From Coleofasciculus chthonoplastes F2-STO-03 (GTDB lineage Bacteria; Cyanobacteriota; Cyanobacteriia; Cyanobacteriales; Coleofasciculaceae): DNA of 64,000 nt. Every line of letters begins with the position of its first letter. Positions within the stretch are counted from its first letter, which is position 1. This document shows positions 31,398 to 41,377 of the stretch, one piece after another. The position numbers and the translations under genes were made by a program. The DNA is taken from the NCBI GenBank assembly GCA_040222015.1, contig JAVJWO010000195.1:32001-96000 (forward strand), written 5' to 3'. The notes beneath the pieces are model-generated. The model was not told the origin of the DNA, did no database searches, and saw nothing but the letters and a program-made list of their open reading frames with translations.

Positions 31398-32941
31398 TTA
31401 ATGACTAAACCATGATTTGCCAGCAATTTCTAGATTTTTCTGGAAATATCTCCTCTTGTGTGGTAGGATATTGAGTGATTTATCAAACACTAACATTAAG
31501 ATATGCCACGCCGAGGGAAGCGTCTCAAGTCCTCCAAGTCTCTCCAAAAACACTGCGAAACTGGGACAGAGACGGCGAGAACCGAACAATTAGAACTCCT
31601 GCGGGTCATCGACGGTACGATATCGATTCCGTCGTCAATCCAGAGGGCGATACAAGAATCAGAGTCCTCTATGCCAGAGTTAGCTCATACAAACAAAAGT
31701 CAGAGATGGTGCGACAAGCCGACTACCTGCAATCCCTGTTCACAAACGGAAAGCTTATCAAAGAAGTCGGCTCAGGACTCAACTACAAGCGCAAAGGACT
31801 TCTTTCCCTTTTGGGACAAGTTTTGTCAGGAAACGTCAGAGAAGTTGTGGTCTCGATCAAAGACCGACTTGTCAGGTTCGGTCTTGACCTTATCGAATGG
31901 CTCTGTCAACAAAAAGATTGCTTCCTCGTGGTTCTCAACCGAAGTGACTTGTCTAATGAGCGAGAAATGGTTGAAGATATCCTTGCCATCGTCCATGTCT
32001 TCAGTTGCAGATTGTACGGTCTCAGAAAGTACAAGTCTGCTATCAAAGAAGATCCGAGTTTATCCAGAAACAACGCTGGCTAAAGCCTGGTTTCAGTGGA
32101 TTTCGGCTGCACGATGGTGCTTTAATCAGGCAATAGCCATACTTAAGACCCAGAAAATTGGCAAATACGACCTCCGAAAAATGGTCATGGACATGGCTCC
32201 ATCTTGGGTAAGTCAAACCCCTTATAACCCACGCCAACTGGCGGTATTTCAAGCCTTTGAAGCACATAAAGCGGCAAGGAAGTCGGGGGGAGATGCTCAA
32301 TTCAGATCTGTGCGTGAACCCGTTAAATCCATTCGGTTTCAAAAGGACAATTGGAAGAAGGGAGCGTTTTACCCGACACAGACCAAGGGATTAAGCTTTA
32401 AGGCAAGTGAGCCAATCATCGATAAAATGCAGCATGAACCTGCCTTGGTCTTGGACAGAGGGCGCTGGTTTATTTGTTATGCCATAGACGCGCCTAAGCC
32501 CGAACCTTTGGATAGCCAACTGGCTATCGCCCTTGACCCTGGCGTGAGAACATTCTTGACCGGGTTCGACGGTTCTGAAGTCTGGGAGGTTGGCAAGTAT
32601 GACATAGGGCGCATTTATCGGTTAGCCAGTCACCTTGATCGGTTGATGTCTCGAATCGGTCTATCTAAGGGACGCCAGTTTAAACACTTGCGGTATCAAG
32701 AGTACACCAGTAAAACCTGTTCAAAATGTGGTCATGTTCACACAAAATTAGGAGGCAACAAACGATTCGTTTGTCCCTCCTGTGGTCATACTATTGGGCG
32801 TGATATCAATGGCGCTTTCAACATTCTGTTGAAGGACTTTGAGAGATACCTCCACATCTGGTGTGATAGCTTCATTCCAGATTGTGCCATACTCAGAAAC
32901 TTCCGGAGCCATACCAGATTTTTCCGGGTTAAATGTATCTG
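31398..32941 (+). mobile_element. IS607-family element (tnpA serine recombinase plus pro-Fanzor-like tnpB), internally deleted
   Basis: CTG core at both ends (31395-31397 and 32939-32941); short TTC(T/C)GG-like repeats near both ends; removing the element restores a glgA stop. Confidence 0.85.
31475..32083 (+). CDS. tnpA: IS607 TnpA (MerR-like HTH plus serine recombinase)
   Basis: PKTLRNWDRDG..RTPAGHRRY, catalytic YARVSS, EVGSGLNYKRKGL, DRLVRFG, HVFSCRLYGLRKY. Confidence 0.93.
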   Translation: MIYQTLTLRYATPREASQVLQVSPKTLRNWDRDGENRTIRTPAGHRRYDIDSVVNPEGDTRIRVLYARVSSYKQKSEMVRQADYLQSLFTNGKLIKEVGSGLNYKRKGLLSLLGQVLSGNVREVVVSIKDRLVRFGLDLIEWLCQQKDCFLVVLNRSDLSNEREMVEDILAIVHVFSCRLYGLRKYKSAIKEDPSLSRNNAG

Positions 32942-32942
32942 A
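31503..32942 (+). pseudogene. tnpB: IS607 TnpB (pro-Fanzor-like), overlapping tnpA, missing the segment between RuvC-I and the Zn finger
   Basis: KKIRVYP, ALDPGVRTF, YTSKTCSKCG..CPSCG..RDINGAFNI; only about 60 aa from the RuvC-I Asp to the first Cys, versus about 140-145 aa in the other two TnpBs here. Confidence 0.85.
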
Positions 32943-34371
32943 TAACACCTGTAAGGGTTGAATCAGCCTCTTGTGTTTGGGCAGTTTCGTCCTCTGGCGG
33001 TAATCCTAAAACCTCTCGGTAGGTGCGGATATACTGTTTGGCTGATTTATCCCAACTGAAATTCTTACGCATACCGCGTTGCTGTAGTGTTGTCCATTGT
33101 TCTTTAAAGCGGAAACCTTCCCAAGCCCGTACCATACAGGTATAAAAGTCTAACGGTTCATAGCGGTCAAAACAGTAACCTGTCCCAGTTTGGCTAACAG
33201 GTTCATGGTGAAAAACCGTATCCACCAGACCCCCGGTGCGCCGGACAATGGGGACACAACCATAGCGCATAGAGAGCATTTGAGTAATGCCACAAGGTTC
33301 AAAGCGGGATGGCATTAGGAATGCATCACAACCCGCATAAATACGTCGGGACAGAGCATCACTATAAAGGAGTTGGACAGACATACGACCCCGATAGCGA
33401 GATGCCAATTGCCACATTTGGGTTTCGTAGTAGCGTTCACCAGATGCCAGCAATATAAATTGGGCATCGGTATAAGCTAAGAAGCGATCAATGACTTGTA
33501 ATAATAGGTCAATCCCCTTTTGCTCCACGAGGCGCGTGACCATGCCCATGAAAAAGGCATTGGAGTTGACTTCTAAGCCCACTTCTTCTTGCAAGGTCAC
33601 TTTGTTTTTGCGACGTAATTCCAGCGTATCGGCGCTGAATTTTTGCTCGATATATTTGTCGGTTTCTGGGTCATAACTATCCGTATCAATGCCATTAATA
33701 ATCCCGACGGTTTTACCACTAATGAAAGACATTAAGCCTTCTAGGGTTTCACCGTATTCAGCCGTGCGGATTTGTTCTGCATAAGTTGGCGACACGACAG
33801 TCACTCGATCCGCAAATTGTACCGCTGCTGCCAGCGTATTATGACCTTGCATATACCAGGGACACCAGGTTATCTGCTGTAAGCGCCAGCGCCAGGGACC
33901 TTGATACGCCAAGTTGTGAATCGTAAAGACGGTGGAAATATCCGGGGATTGATTCATCCACACCGGAATCATGCCTGTATGCCAATCGTGACAATGAATA
34001 ATTTGCGGTTTCCAGTAGTTCCAGGCAAACTCAGCCGCGCCATTAGCAAAGAGAGTAAATCGCCAGTCTTCATCCGCTCCGGCGTAAATATGGCGTCCTG
34101 AGAAGGCGAGATGACCAAACAGATAGAGGGGGACATCGGTTCCGGGTAATACCGTCTCATAGACAGCGAATGGCTCAAACATGGCAGATCCCCACCAGAC
34201 AGGTTCTTTGGGAATCTCCATCTTGTCGGGTAAAAAGCCGTAATACGGCATAAAAATCCGCACATCATGTCCCAAGCGCTTCAGGAACTTAGGCAATGCG
34301 CCCACGACATCCCCCATACCGCCGACTTTTGCCAGGGGCGCTACCTCTGCGGCAACAAACAGAATATTCAT
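32929..34371 (-). CDS. glgA: Glycogen synthase
   Basis: [39 protein letters not shown]. Confidence 0.97.
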   Translation of the reverse strand: MNILFVAAEVAPLAKVGGMGDVVGALPKFLKRLGHDVRIFMPYYGFLPDKMEIPKEPVWWGSAMFEPFAVYETVLPGTDVPLYLFGHLAFSGRHIYAGADEDWRFTLFANGAAEFAWNYWKPQIIHCHDWHTGMIPVWMNQSPDISTVFTIHNLAYQGPWRWRLQQITWCPWYMQGHNTLAAAVQFADRVTVVSPTYAEQIRTAEYGETLEGLMSFISGKTVGIINGIDTDSYDPETDKYIEQKFSADTLELRRKNKVTLQEEVGLEVNSNAFFMGMVTRLVEQKGIDLLLQVIDRFLAYTDAQFILLASGERYYETQMWQLASRYRGRMSVQLLYSDALSRRIYAGCDAFLMPSRFEPCGITQMLSMRYGCVPIVRRTGGLVDTVFHHEPVSQTGTGYCFDRYEPLDFYTCMVRAWEGFRFKEQWTTLQQRGMRKNFSWDKSAKQYIRTYREVLGLPPEDETAQTQEADSTLTGVIRYI

Positions 34372-34548
34372 AATGATGGTTGTGTACGATGAAGTCTCAA
34401 GTAGTAATACTATCCTTCAGAGGGACGTTTACAATGACGAATCCTTGAATTCGGGGCATTTTTGCGTCAATGTGGGGAGATAGGATGCTCCGTGCGATCG
34501 CCCGTGTCAGGTGTAAGATGGGAACCGATGGCGGACGCGATCGCATCC

Positions 34549-35505
34549 CTAACCTTCCATCACCTGATTAAACCGATCTCTCCCCGCATGATAATCTTTA
34601 CTTTCATACCCCATAACATGCCGGACAATCCACTTTTGTGATCTGCCATCCTCCATCAGTAAACGAATCGCCTTCCTCAACACCTGCTCCTGATCAATAA
34701 ACCGTTCAACAAACCAGTTTTCGGTTTCCGCAAATCCCCGCTTATCATTTTCAGCACTGCGATTCAGATAAAAGGCGGCTAATAATGCTTTAAATGATTT
34801 GCCTAAAACTTTCTCATTTCCCAAATTTAGCGCCGTCAACTCTTCAGTCGTGATTTGATTGATAAAGTTGGATTGATTCTCTTTAGAGGTCAATTCCTTA
34901 AATAAGTCATTTAAATTGCCCACTTTAACATTGGGAAGATAGCCATACAAATAATCCGCAACTATCCCCTTCAATACCGCATCTCCCAGAAATCTTAACT
35001 GTTTATTCGGTGACGAACGCTCTTTTATCTTTTTTAAATGACGCTCCAGCAAGGGCGCAATCAACTGCTTAACTAACCAATTCCGCGCCTGAGAAAACCC
35101 CCGATCCTGATGAATCGCCCCAACTAACGCTATCAATGCTTCTTCAAAGGGATTATGATTTTGTAAACGCAAGCGATGCCGTTCTTGCGTCAGTCCCAGA
35201 AACGGATACCCTTCGCCTAACCCCAATTTATCCCACAGTTTGGTTAACCGTTGTCCTTCGACTAACTTGTCCCGTAAGCCTTTAAAATTACTCACCTCTA
35301 AATAGGGACAGTTGTGATATAAATAGTCAGTAATTACCAGATTAAAAATAGCATTTCCCATAAATTTTAATCGCTCATTATTCTGTTCAGATTCTCCAAT
35401 TTGTTCAGCATAAGAACGATGCATCAAAGCAAGTCTAAGCAGATCACTATGCTTAAACTGAATACCGATTTGGCTTTCTAAAGATTCAGGATTCCATTCC
35501 ATCAT
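34549..35505 (-). CDS. Tandem RNase III-like domain protein (degenerate catalytic residues, no dsRBD)
   Basis: ALMHRSY..NERLKFMGNA and NKQLRFLGDAVL resemble the RNase III signature NERLEFLGDA. Confidence 0.85.
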   Translation of the reverse strand: MMEWNPESLESQIGIQFKHSDLLRLALMHRSYAEQIGESEQNNERLKFMGNAIFNLVITDYLYHNCPYLEVSNFKGLRDKLVEGQRLTKLWDKLGLGEGYPFLGLTQERHRLRLQNHNPFEEALIALVGAIHQDRGFSQARNWLVKQLIAPLLERHLKKIKERSSPNKQLRFLGDAVLKGIVADYLYGYLPNVKVGNLNDLFKELTSKENQSNFINQITTEELTALNLGNEKVLGKSFKALLAAFYLNRSAENDKRGFAETENWFVERFIDQEQVLRKAIRLLMEDGRSQKWIVRHVMGYESKDYHAGRDRFNQVMEG

Positions 35506-35515
35506 TTTTACAGGA

Positions 35516-36025
35516 TTAAGACGTTTTAACAGTAGATGATTGCACCGTCAGGACTGAACAGGGAGCATGGTGAAGAACGTAATTACTGGCACTCCCCAAA
35601 ATTAACTCCGAAAGCCCCGACAAACCCCGATGACCAATGATAATGAGATCAGCTTGCCAATTCTTCGCCACCTTACAGATGGTTTCCCCCGGACTTCCTG
35701 GCACCTGGGTAAACTCCGCCATGACACCAGCCGCCGTAGCGTCACCTGTGCGCGATCGCAAAATCTCCAGACATTCGCTTTCAAATTCGTCCCACTGCTT
35801 GCGGTAGGCAATATTCACATCATCTAATCGCCACGGATAGTAGTCTGCCTCGGAAAATCCTGGCATACCCGGACTCGTGTCTTCCTCCGGAGACAGAACA
35901 TGCAACAGTAATAGATGACCCTTGAGCGCTTTGGCTAACTCTAGGGCTTGATCAAAAACATGATCACCCATACCAGAGGTATCTATGGCAACAAGCATTT
36001 TTTCAAACATAACCACTTTCTCCAA
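35516..36025 (-). CDS. Universal stress protein (UspA family)
   Basis: MLVAID, LLHV, ADLIIIGHRGLSG..LGSASNYVLHHAPCSVL. Confidence 0.95.
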   Translation of the reverse strand: MEKVVMFEKMLVAIDTSGMGDHVFDQALELAKALKGHLLLLHVLSPEEDTSPGMPGFSEADYYPWRLDDVNIAYRKQWDEFESECLEILRSRTGDATAAGVMAEFTQVPGSPGETICKVAKNWQADLIIIGHRGLSGLSELILGSASNYVLHHAPCSVLTVQSSTVKTS

Positions 36026-36299
36026 AACCCTGGTAAATAGTAGGGTTGTTACCCCTCTGACAATGGTATAATGAATGTCAACTCTGGATAGTGCCGCTCG
36101 ATTTCGGCAAAGCCCTAGCTTATAGATACTAATTCTAATCTAGCGATTGTGTCGGAATCTGGCTCGAAAATATACAGAATAATTAATTTTTGTGAAAATC
36201 TAGATACCAGAAACATCTCAGGTTTCACAGAAACTTTTGCAGCCAATACAAATCCGAGACTTAACCTGGAAACCAAAGGCTGAGAGAGGGAAAAATTTC

Positions 36300-37403
36300 A
36301 TGAGTTTAAATGCCCGCTTTGCCGTAATCAGTGACTTACACATCGCCCTGCCCCAAACTATTTGGGATATTCCCAACCGCTTCCATTTAGTGGAAATCAG
36401 TATCCCTGCCCTAGAGTTAGTATTCAATCATTTAGAACAGCTTAATCTAGATTTTCTCCTACTTCCAGGAGACTTAACCCAGCACGGCGAACCGACGAAC
36501 CATGACTGGCTACAAAGGCGATTGTCCCAGCTACCCTACCCGGTTTACGTTGTACCTGGTAATCATGATGTCCCCACGCTATTACCTGATGAACGTTCGA
36601 TTGGATTAAAGGAGTTTCCCCACTACTATCGTCAATTTGGCTATAACAATCCAGATCAACTCTACTACACCTATGAAATTTTCCCTGGTGTGCAGCTTAT
36701 TAGTTTAAATTCCAACCAATTTGACCAGATGGGTAAACAACTCGGTTGTCTCGATGCACCCCAATTGGCATGGCTTGAGGATGTACTTGCCCAGACTAAG
36801 GATAAGTTGATTGTGGTCATGGTACATCACAATGTTATTGAACATCTACCGGATCAAGCCAAGCATCCATTGGGACGCCGCTATATGCTGGATAATGCCC
36901 CCGCCCTGTTAAATCTGCTCAAAGCGGCTGGGGTGAATTTGATTTTTACGGGTCATCTTCATGTCCAGGATATCGCCTATCACCAGGGAATCTATGATAT
37001 TACCACTGGATCATTAGTCAGCTATCCCCATCCCTACCGAGTCTTAGAACTGCGAACCGATAATTTAGGAAATCGCTGGTTACAGATAGAATCCCATCAC
37101 ATCACCTCTGTACCCGGTTGGGAGAATTTGCCGGAAATTTCGCGAAAATGGATGGGCGATCGCTCTTATCCGTTTATGGTAAAGTTACTAACAGCTCCAC
37201 CGTTATGTTTACCCCGACACGACGCCGATAAACTTGCCCCCAGTTTACGTAACTTTTGGGCAGATATTGCTGTGGGTGACACCTATTTTGATTTTCCCGA
37301 TTTCCCTCTGCCTGTCCGTCGCTATTTCCAAACGTTCAGCGCGATGGATAATCAGGGTAAGCCGGCTTTTATCGATAATCATACAACATTACTCTTGGAG
37401 TAA
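36300..37403 (+). CDS. Calcineurin-like metallophosphoesterase
   Basis: SDLH, GDLT, GNHD, HH and GHLH motifs; ATG at 36300 preferred. Confidence 0.92.
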   Translation: MSLNARFAVISDLHIALPQTIWDIPNRFHLVEISIPALELVFNHLEQLNLDFLLLPGDLTQHGEPTNHDWLQRRLSQLPYPVYVVPGNHDVPTLLPDERSIGLKEFPHYYRQFGYNNPDQLYYTYEIFPGVQLISLNSNQFDQMGKQLGCLDAPQLAWLEDVLAQTKDKLIVVMVHHNVIEHLPDQAKHPLGRRYMLDNAPALLNLLKAAGVNLIFTGHLHVQDIAYHQGIYDITTGSLVSYPHPYRVLELRTDNLGNRWLQIESHHITSVPGWENLPEISRKWMGDRSYPFMVKLLTAPPLCLPRHDADKLAPSLRNFWADIAVGDTYFDFPDFPLPVRRYFQTFSAMDNQGKPAFIDNHTTLLLE

Positions 37404-37514
37404 TGCCCTTTTTGCCCTGGCGACTGAAGTCGCGGAACCACACAAACAAAGTCCGCCTACGCGGACTGAACTATAAAGGGGGTACTAAAAGCAAAACGCT
37501 TTATCAGCGAGTCT

Positions 37515-37946
37515 TTAGCCACAAGAGATCAGGACGCGATCGCACGTTAATAAACTAGCATAGCCCTGCGTCTTGGCAACGGGTGGTATCTCTGGGGAAA
37601 TGGCTTCCAGACATTTCAACCTAATTTTGTCCAGGAATGGCAAGACAGAGGCGACATATTGTTTTTGATGCTTCGTGTGATCAAATTTAATCGCCTTCCG
37701 CAGATGTTCTAACTGTTCCCAAGTTGAGCATTTTTGCAGGTGACAGGCTACAGCATTTTTCCTTTGTTCCATTTGGCGATAACTGATAAATTGTCCGCCT
37801 TTGTCCAAGCGGTGAACGAATATAACATAAAGCCAGGATTCAACTTTAACAATTAGGGATTTGGAAATTCCCAGGAATTGGGCGATTTGGCGTTTGGTGA
37901 TGCGGAACTTTTGTGCGGGGTTAATACGGCGGAATAAGGCAGTCAT
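37515..37946 (-). CDS. Hypothetical basic protein with HTH-like segment
   Basis: ITKRQIAQFLGISKSLI HTH-like stretch; ATG start; 143 aa. Confidence 0.65.
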   Translation of the reverse strand: MTALFRRINPAQKFRITKRQIAQFLGISKSLIVKVESWLYVIFVHRLDKGGQFISYRQMEQRKNAVACHLQKCSTWEQLEHLRKAIKFDHTKHQKQYVASVLPFLDKIRLKCLEAISPEIPPVAKTQGYASLLTCDRVLISCG

Positions 37947-38007
37947 TGGATTTTAGATTTTAATTTTTAACCCTGAGCGAAGTCGAAGGGTTGAATAGGT
38001 GGATGGG

Positions 38008-38163
38008 TCATCGTTTTTGGGCGGGATTAAGGGCTGTGAAAACGTTGCCAGTTGACCGTTTCCGGCGTTGGCGCTGGTAATCACCGTCAGGAGGAAAAAC
38101 GGTGCGAATGGCAGCAAATTGTGGCGCGACAGCGAGTGCCGAGCTTGCGTTTAATTTCTTCAT
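38008..38163 (-). CDS. Small hypothetical protein (about 51 aa)
   Basis: ATG at 38163 (MKKLNASS...TALNPAQKR); C-terminus resembles the N-terminus of the next ORF. Confidence 0.4.
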   Translation of the reverse strand: MKKLNASSALAVAPQFAAIRTVFPPDGDYQRQRRKRSTGNVFTALNPAQKR

Positions 38164-38418
38164 AGGGTATGTATGGATAGACTGAGTGCGATCGCCCTTT
38201 TGCGGCATCGCTTTTTGGTCATATAAGATAAGATGTCTAATGCGTAAGCTATCTAGACAGCCAGACGAAACCTAGCCAATGGCTAAACTAACCGTTGGGC
38301 TAGCTAGCCAATGGATAGGGTAGACGTTAGGTTTGCGAGTCCTAACAGGTGAAGGAAATGGACAAGTTAATCGAAGGTCTAAGCCGACTCCTCGATTCGC
38401 CTGTCTTTTTCTATGTCC

Positions 38419-38450
38419 ATATTAATTAAGTCAACTTAAAATTGTCAACT
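38419..38450 (-). promoter_or_regulatory. Sigma70-type promoter overlapped by a GTCAACT direct repeat (candidate XRE operator)
   Basis: Minus strand TTGACA (38448-38443), N18, TAATAT (38424-38419); GTCAACT at 38430 and 38444. Confidence 0.55.
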
Positions 38451-38485
38451 AATTTGCTTCAAGTTACAAAACATGAGAATATGAC

Positions 38486-38713
38486 ATGGTAAAGGACGGA
38501 AAACGAATCACATTTGCATACTTGAGAGAGCGTGCGGGTTTAACCCAGCGCGAGATCTCCATTGCAATGGATGTAACCGTTACGACTGTTTCCCAGTGGG
38601 AGACGGGCGCACGAAGACCGCGTTTGTTTCCAGAGCAAATTCAGAAATTATTACAGGTACTCGACTGCACCCTTGAGGAATTCGTCGAAGCGTTTAGCCA
38701 AAATGAGCAGTGA
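38486..38713 (+). CDS. XRE/Cro-family HTH transcriptional regulator
   Basis: LRERAGLTQREIS..VTVTTVSQWETGARRP. Confidence 0.9.
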   Translation: MVKDGKRITFAYLRERAGLTQREISIAMDVTVTTVSQWETGARRPRLFPEQIQKLLQVLDCTLEEFVEAFSQNEQ

Positions 38714-38894
38714 AAGCCGGATTTACCCAAAAATCCCACTCCTTTAAAATGATGGTTGACTAATACTTGCCTTTCCCAAACAGATTTGGTGTGTAATGGC
38801 GCTTCTCCTGGCTTCTGAGTCGTCAAGTTGAGCTAGCGCTAAAAGATTACAAATAGTCTACTAATTGAAAAAAAATAAAAAAGGAATTAAAGTC

Positions 38895-39158
38895 ATGAAA
38901 CAATTTTGGTTAGAAGATTGGCTAGACGGTTTACCTTATACTGTGATGGCAATAATTATTTCATTATTGGCAATTTTAAATTCAAATTTAGGATGGTTTG
39001 TAAATATAGTCGTTACAGTTTGGAGTATAGGTTTTTTAATATCTAACCTTGATAAGTATAAAAAGACGCACTTTCCTGATTACGCAAATGGGTCGGAAAA
39101 AGGCTTTGGTTACTTACTGAGTGCTGTTCTTGCTTGGTTTGTGATTTTAAGTCTTTAG
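38895..39158 (+). CDS. Small AT-rich hypothetical membrane protein
   Basis: Three hydrophobic segments; AAGGA RBS before the ATG at 38895. Confidence 0.55.
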   Translation: MKQFWLEDWLDGLPYTVMAIIISLLAILNSNLGWFVNIVVTVWSIGFLISNLDKYKKTHFPDYANGSEKGFGYLLSAVLAWFVILSL

Positions 39159-39486
39159 TTGGGCGAAAACTATAGCCATTTATATCAACCCTCGTAACTA
39201 TCCCCAATCAATCCTTGGGAGCGATCGCCACCCAAAACCCCAGCTCATTTAATAGTTCGACAGTGGATAAATTTGCGGGTAAATCTTAAAATTCCCCAAA
39301 TACTGTTGTTGGTGGGTTACGGCGGATATTGAATTAAACAGTTATGTTGCCGATTGAGTTTCCGCCTAACCCACGATGGCGGCGTGGCACACCTTAATTG
39401 GTGAATTAGCATTGTAGGAGCGCAAGGCTTGCGCCCGGTTTAAACGTTAAATCTATTCCACAATTTTAGTTGTGTCAGTCCACTAC

Positions 39487-39667
39487 TAAGTAGGTTGGTG
39501 GAAATAAACTTAACTAGATTAAGTTATGTAAACAAGCCTCAAACCCTTACTGTTCCCTGTTCCCTGTTCCCTGTTCCCTGTTCCCTGTTCCCTGTTCCCT
39601 GTTCCCTGTTCCCTGTTCCCTGTTCCCTAATCTCCACCGCTAACTTTAATTGTATCCACCTACTTAA
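39487..39667. mobile_element. MITE with TAAGTAGGT TIRs enclosing 11 TGTTCCC heptamers
   Basis: TAAGTAGGTTGG...(TGTTCCC)11 at 39551-39627...CCACCTACTTA; related half-ends near 21640-21669, 39702-39737 and 50307-50366. Confidence 0.7.
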
Positions 39668-39734
39668 CTACAAATGACGAATGACATAAGACAAATGACG
39701 ATTTCCACAGTTAGCTTTTATTGTGTCCACCTAC

Positions 39735-40997
39735 TTAGGGTTGCCGACAAATGCCAAATACTGACGTGTAGCCGTGTAAAAATGTCCTCCCGCCAACGGG
39801 TCCAATCTCGCCATTACAGAAAAAACCGCCAACGGAAATATTATTGATATAGCGACACAAGAGTTGGGAATCAAAATCGGGTTTGCCATACAATCCTTGA
39901 CCCCGCCCTAAACAGGAAAACATTAATGCACCCGCCGTTTCTGGGGTGGAATTGACTTGGTTTTGATAATTCTGTAAAAGTAATTCTAAATCTTCCTCAG
40001 AGGTGCGAGCGTCTCGCAGATGGAACTGAATCCGTTGACCAGGGCGCACCCGATCGCCGATCGCGATCGCACCCAGTCTGGGATCAACGCCCAACAGATT
40101 GCGAATCAGGAAATCCCCTTGACCCAGACTTTGCTTAAATTCATCACGGGCAATGCCAATAAATAGGGAATGTTGCGCCAATTCGCGATCGCTCTCACTC
40201 AGGTTTTGAATTACGTCACGCAGCACAGCTAGCGGCGGCTGGGATTCCACCTCACTGAAGCTCATCCCGTTACTATCCGCTAGTTCCAGTACAATATTTC
40301 GTTCGCCTTTGGTGATTTGATAAGGTTGACCAATGGGACGACAGCCTTGGGAAACAATTGGGTCTAGTACCACATTCCCACTTAACGCCACGCCGATTGT
40401 ACCTTCTCGATGTAGCGTACCTCCAGAGTATCGTTCCGAATCACGATAAAATAACCCACTCTGAACTCCCATGGCACTGGCACTGGCTAATCCTCCCACC
40501 TTAACCGAACCCGGATAGGCAAAATCTAGCCCTTGTAACAAATCATTGATTTTCGAGGAAAAGGGATCGGCTAATAAGATGAAATGGGGTTGATCTTGGG
40601 GGGAAACACCAATTAAATCCACCCAAGTACTGGGTGAACTATCCAAGTCCGGCAAATCACTTCCCGGAATATGAAACGCCCGCACTGAAACTTCTGGCAT
40701 ACTTGCCAAACTAATTGATATAGCGGGTTCTGCTTCAATTTCTTGAGGTTGCCCTTGGACATTCATCCCAATCACGCCACCTCCCCCACAACCAATGATC
40801 ACGGGTACAGATAACCGTTCTTGTAGCAGGGGCATTAATCGGGAATACTCGCTGGCATAAGCTGAAGAGATGAACACCAAACCCAAATCCGCAGGCATCG
40901 ACAAGGATTGTTCCAGACGCTCTACCACCTCCGCGATCGCTGTTTCCAATGACGGACGAGTTGATAAGGCATTTACCCACTTCATCAAATTTGCCAT
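39735..40997 (-). CDS. FIST signal transduction protein
   Basis: IIGCGGGGVIG, GGLAS, VSQGCRPIG, FSCLGRG, GFFCNGEIGP. Confidence 0.93.
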   Translation of the reverse strand: MANLMKWVNALSTRPSLETAIAEVVERLEQSLSMPADLGLVFISSAYASEYSRLMPLLQERLSVPVIIGCGGGGVIGMNVQGQPQEIEAEPAISISLASMPEVSVRAFHIPGSDLPDLDSSPSTWVDLIGVSPQDQPHFILLADPFSSKINDLLQGLDFAYPGSVKVGGLASASAMGVQSGLFYRDSERYSGGTLHREGTIGVALSGNVVLDPIVSQGCRPIGQPYQITKGERNIVLELADSNGMSFSEVESQPPLAVLRDVIQNLSESDRELAQHSLFIGIARDEFKQSLGQGDFLIRNLLGVDPRLGAIAIGDRVRPGQRIQFHLRDARTSEEDLELLLQNYQNQVNSTPETAGALMFSCLGRGQGLYGKPDFDSQLLCRYINNISVGGFFCNGEIGPVGGRTFLHGYTSVFGICRQP

Positions 40998-41377
40998 GAC
41001 TTTTACTGAGGTTTTCCCTGGGTAGGGTTTTTTCGGGTTGGCTACAGGTGCAAAGCCTTATGATAACTCCAATTTGGCTAACTCCCAAGGGACTGGGGTC
41101 AGAACGCAGGGAAGCCAAGGTGGAGGGGAGGAGAAGAAATGAGATTTTACGATATTTCTAGGCTTGGGGGATAAATACTGCTAAACAGCCCCTACTTCCG
41201 GTAGTCAAGTAGATCGTGTAGAATTGTAAACAGCGTATCGGCTTCTGCGAAACGCTAAACTATAGAATCTTAATGATCTCTAAGTACCGACTTGGATATA
41301 TTTCAGGGCGGTCAACACCAAATAAATAGGCGTTCTGTACAATACATTAGTGCAGTAATCAGGAAAAAAGGAAAGCC

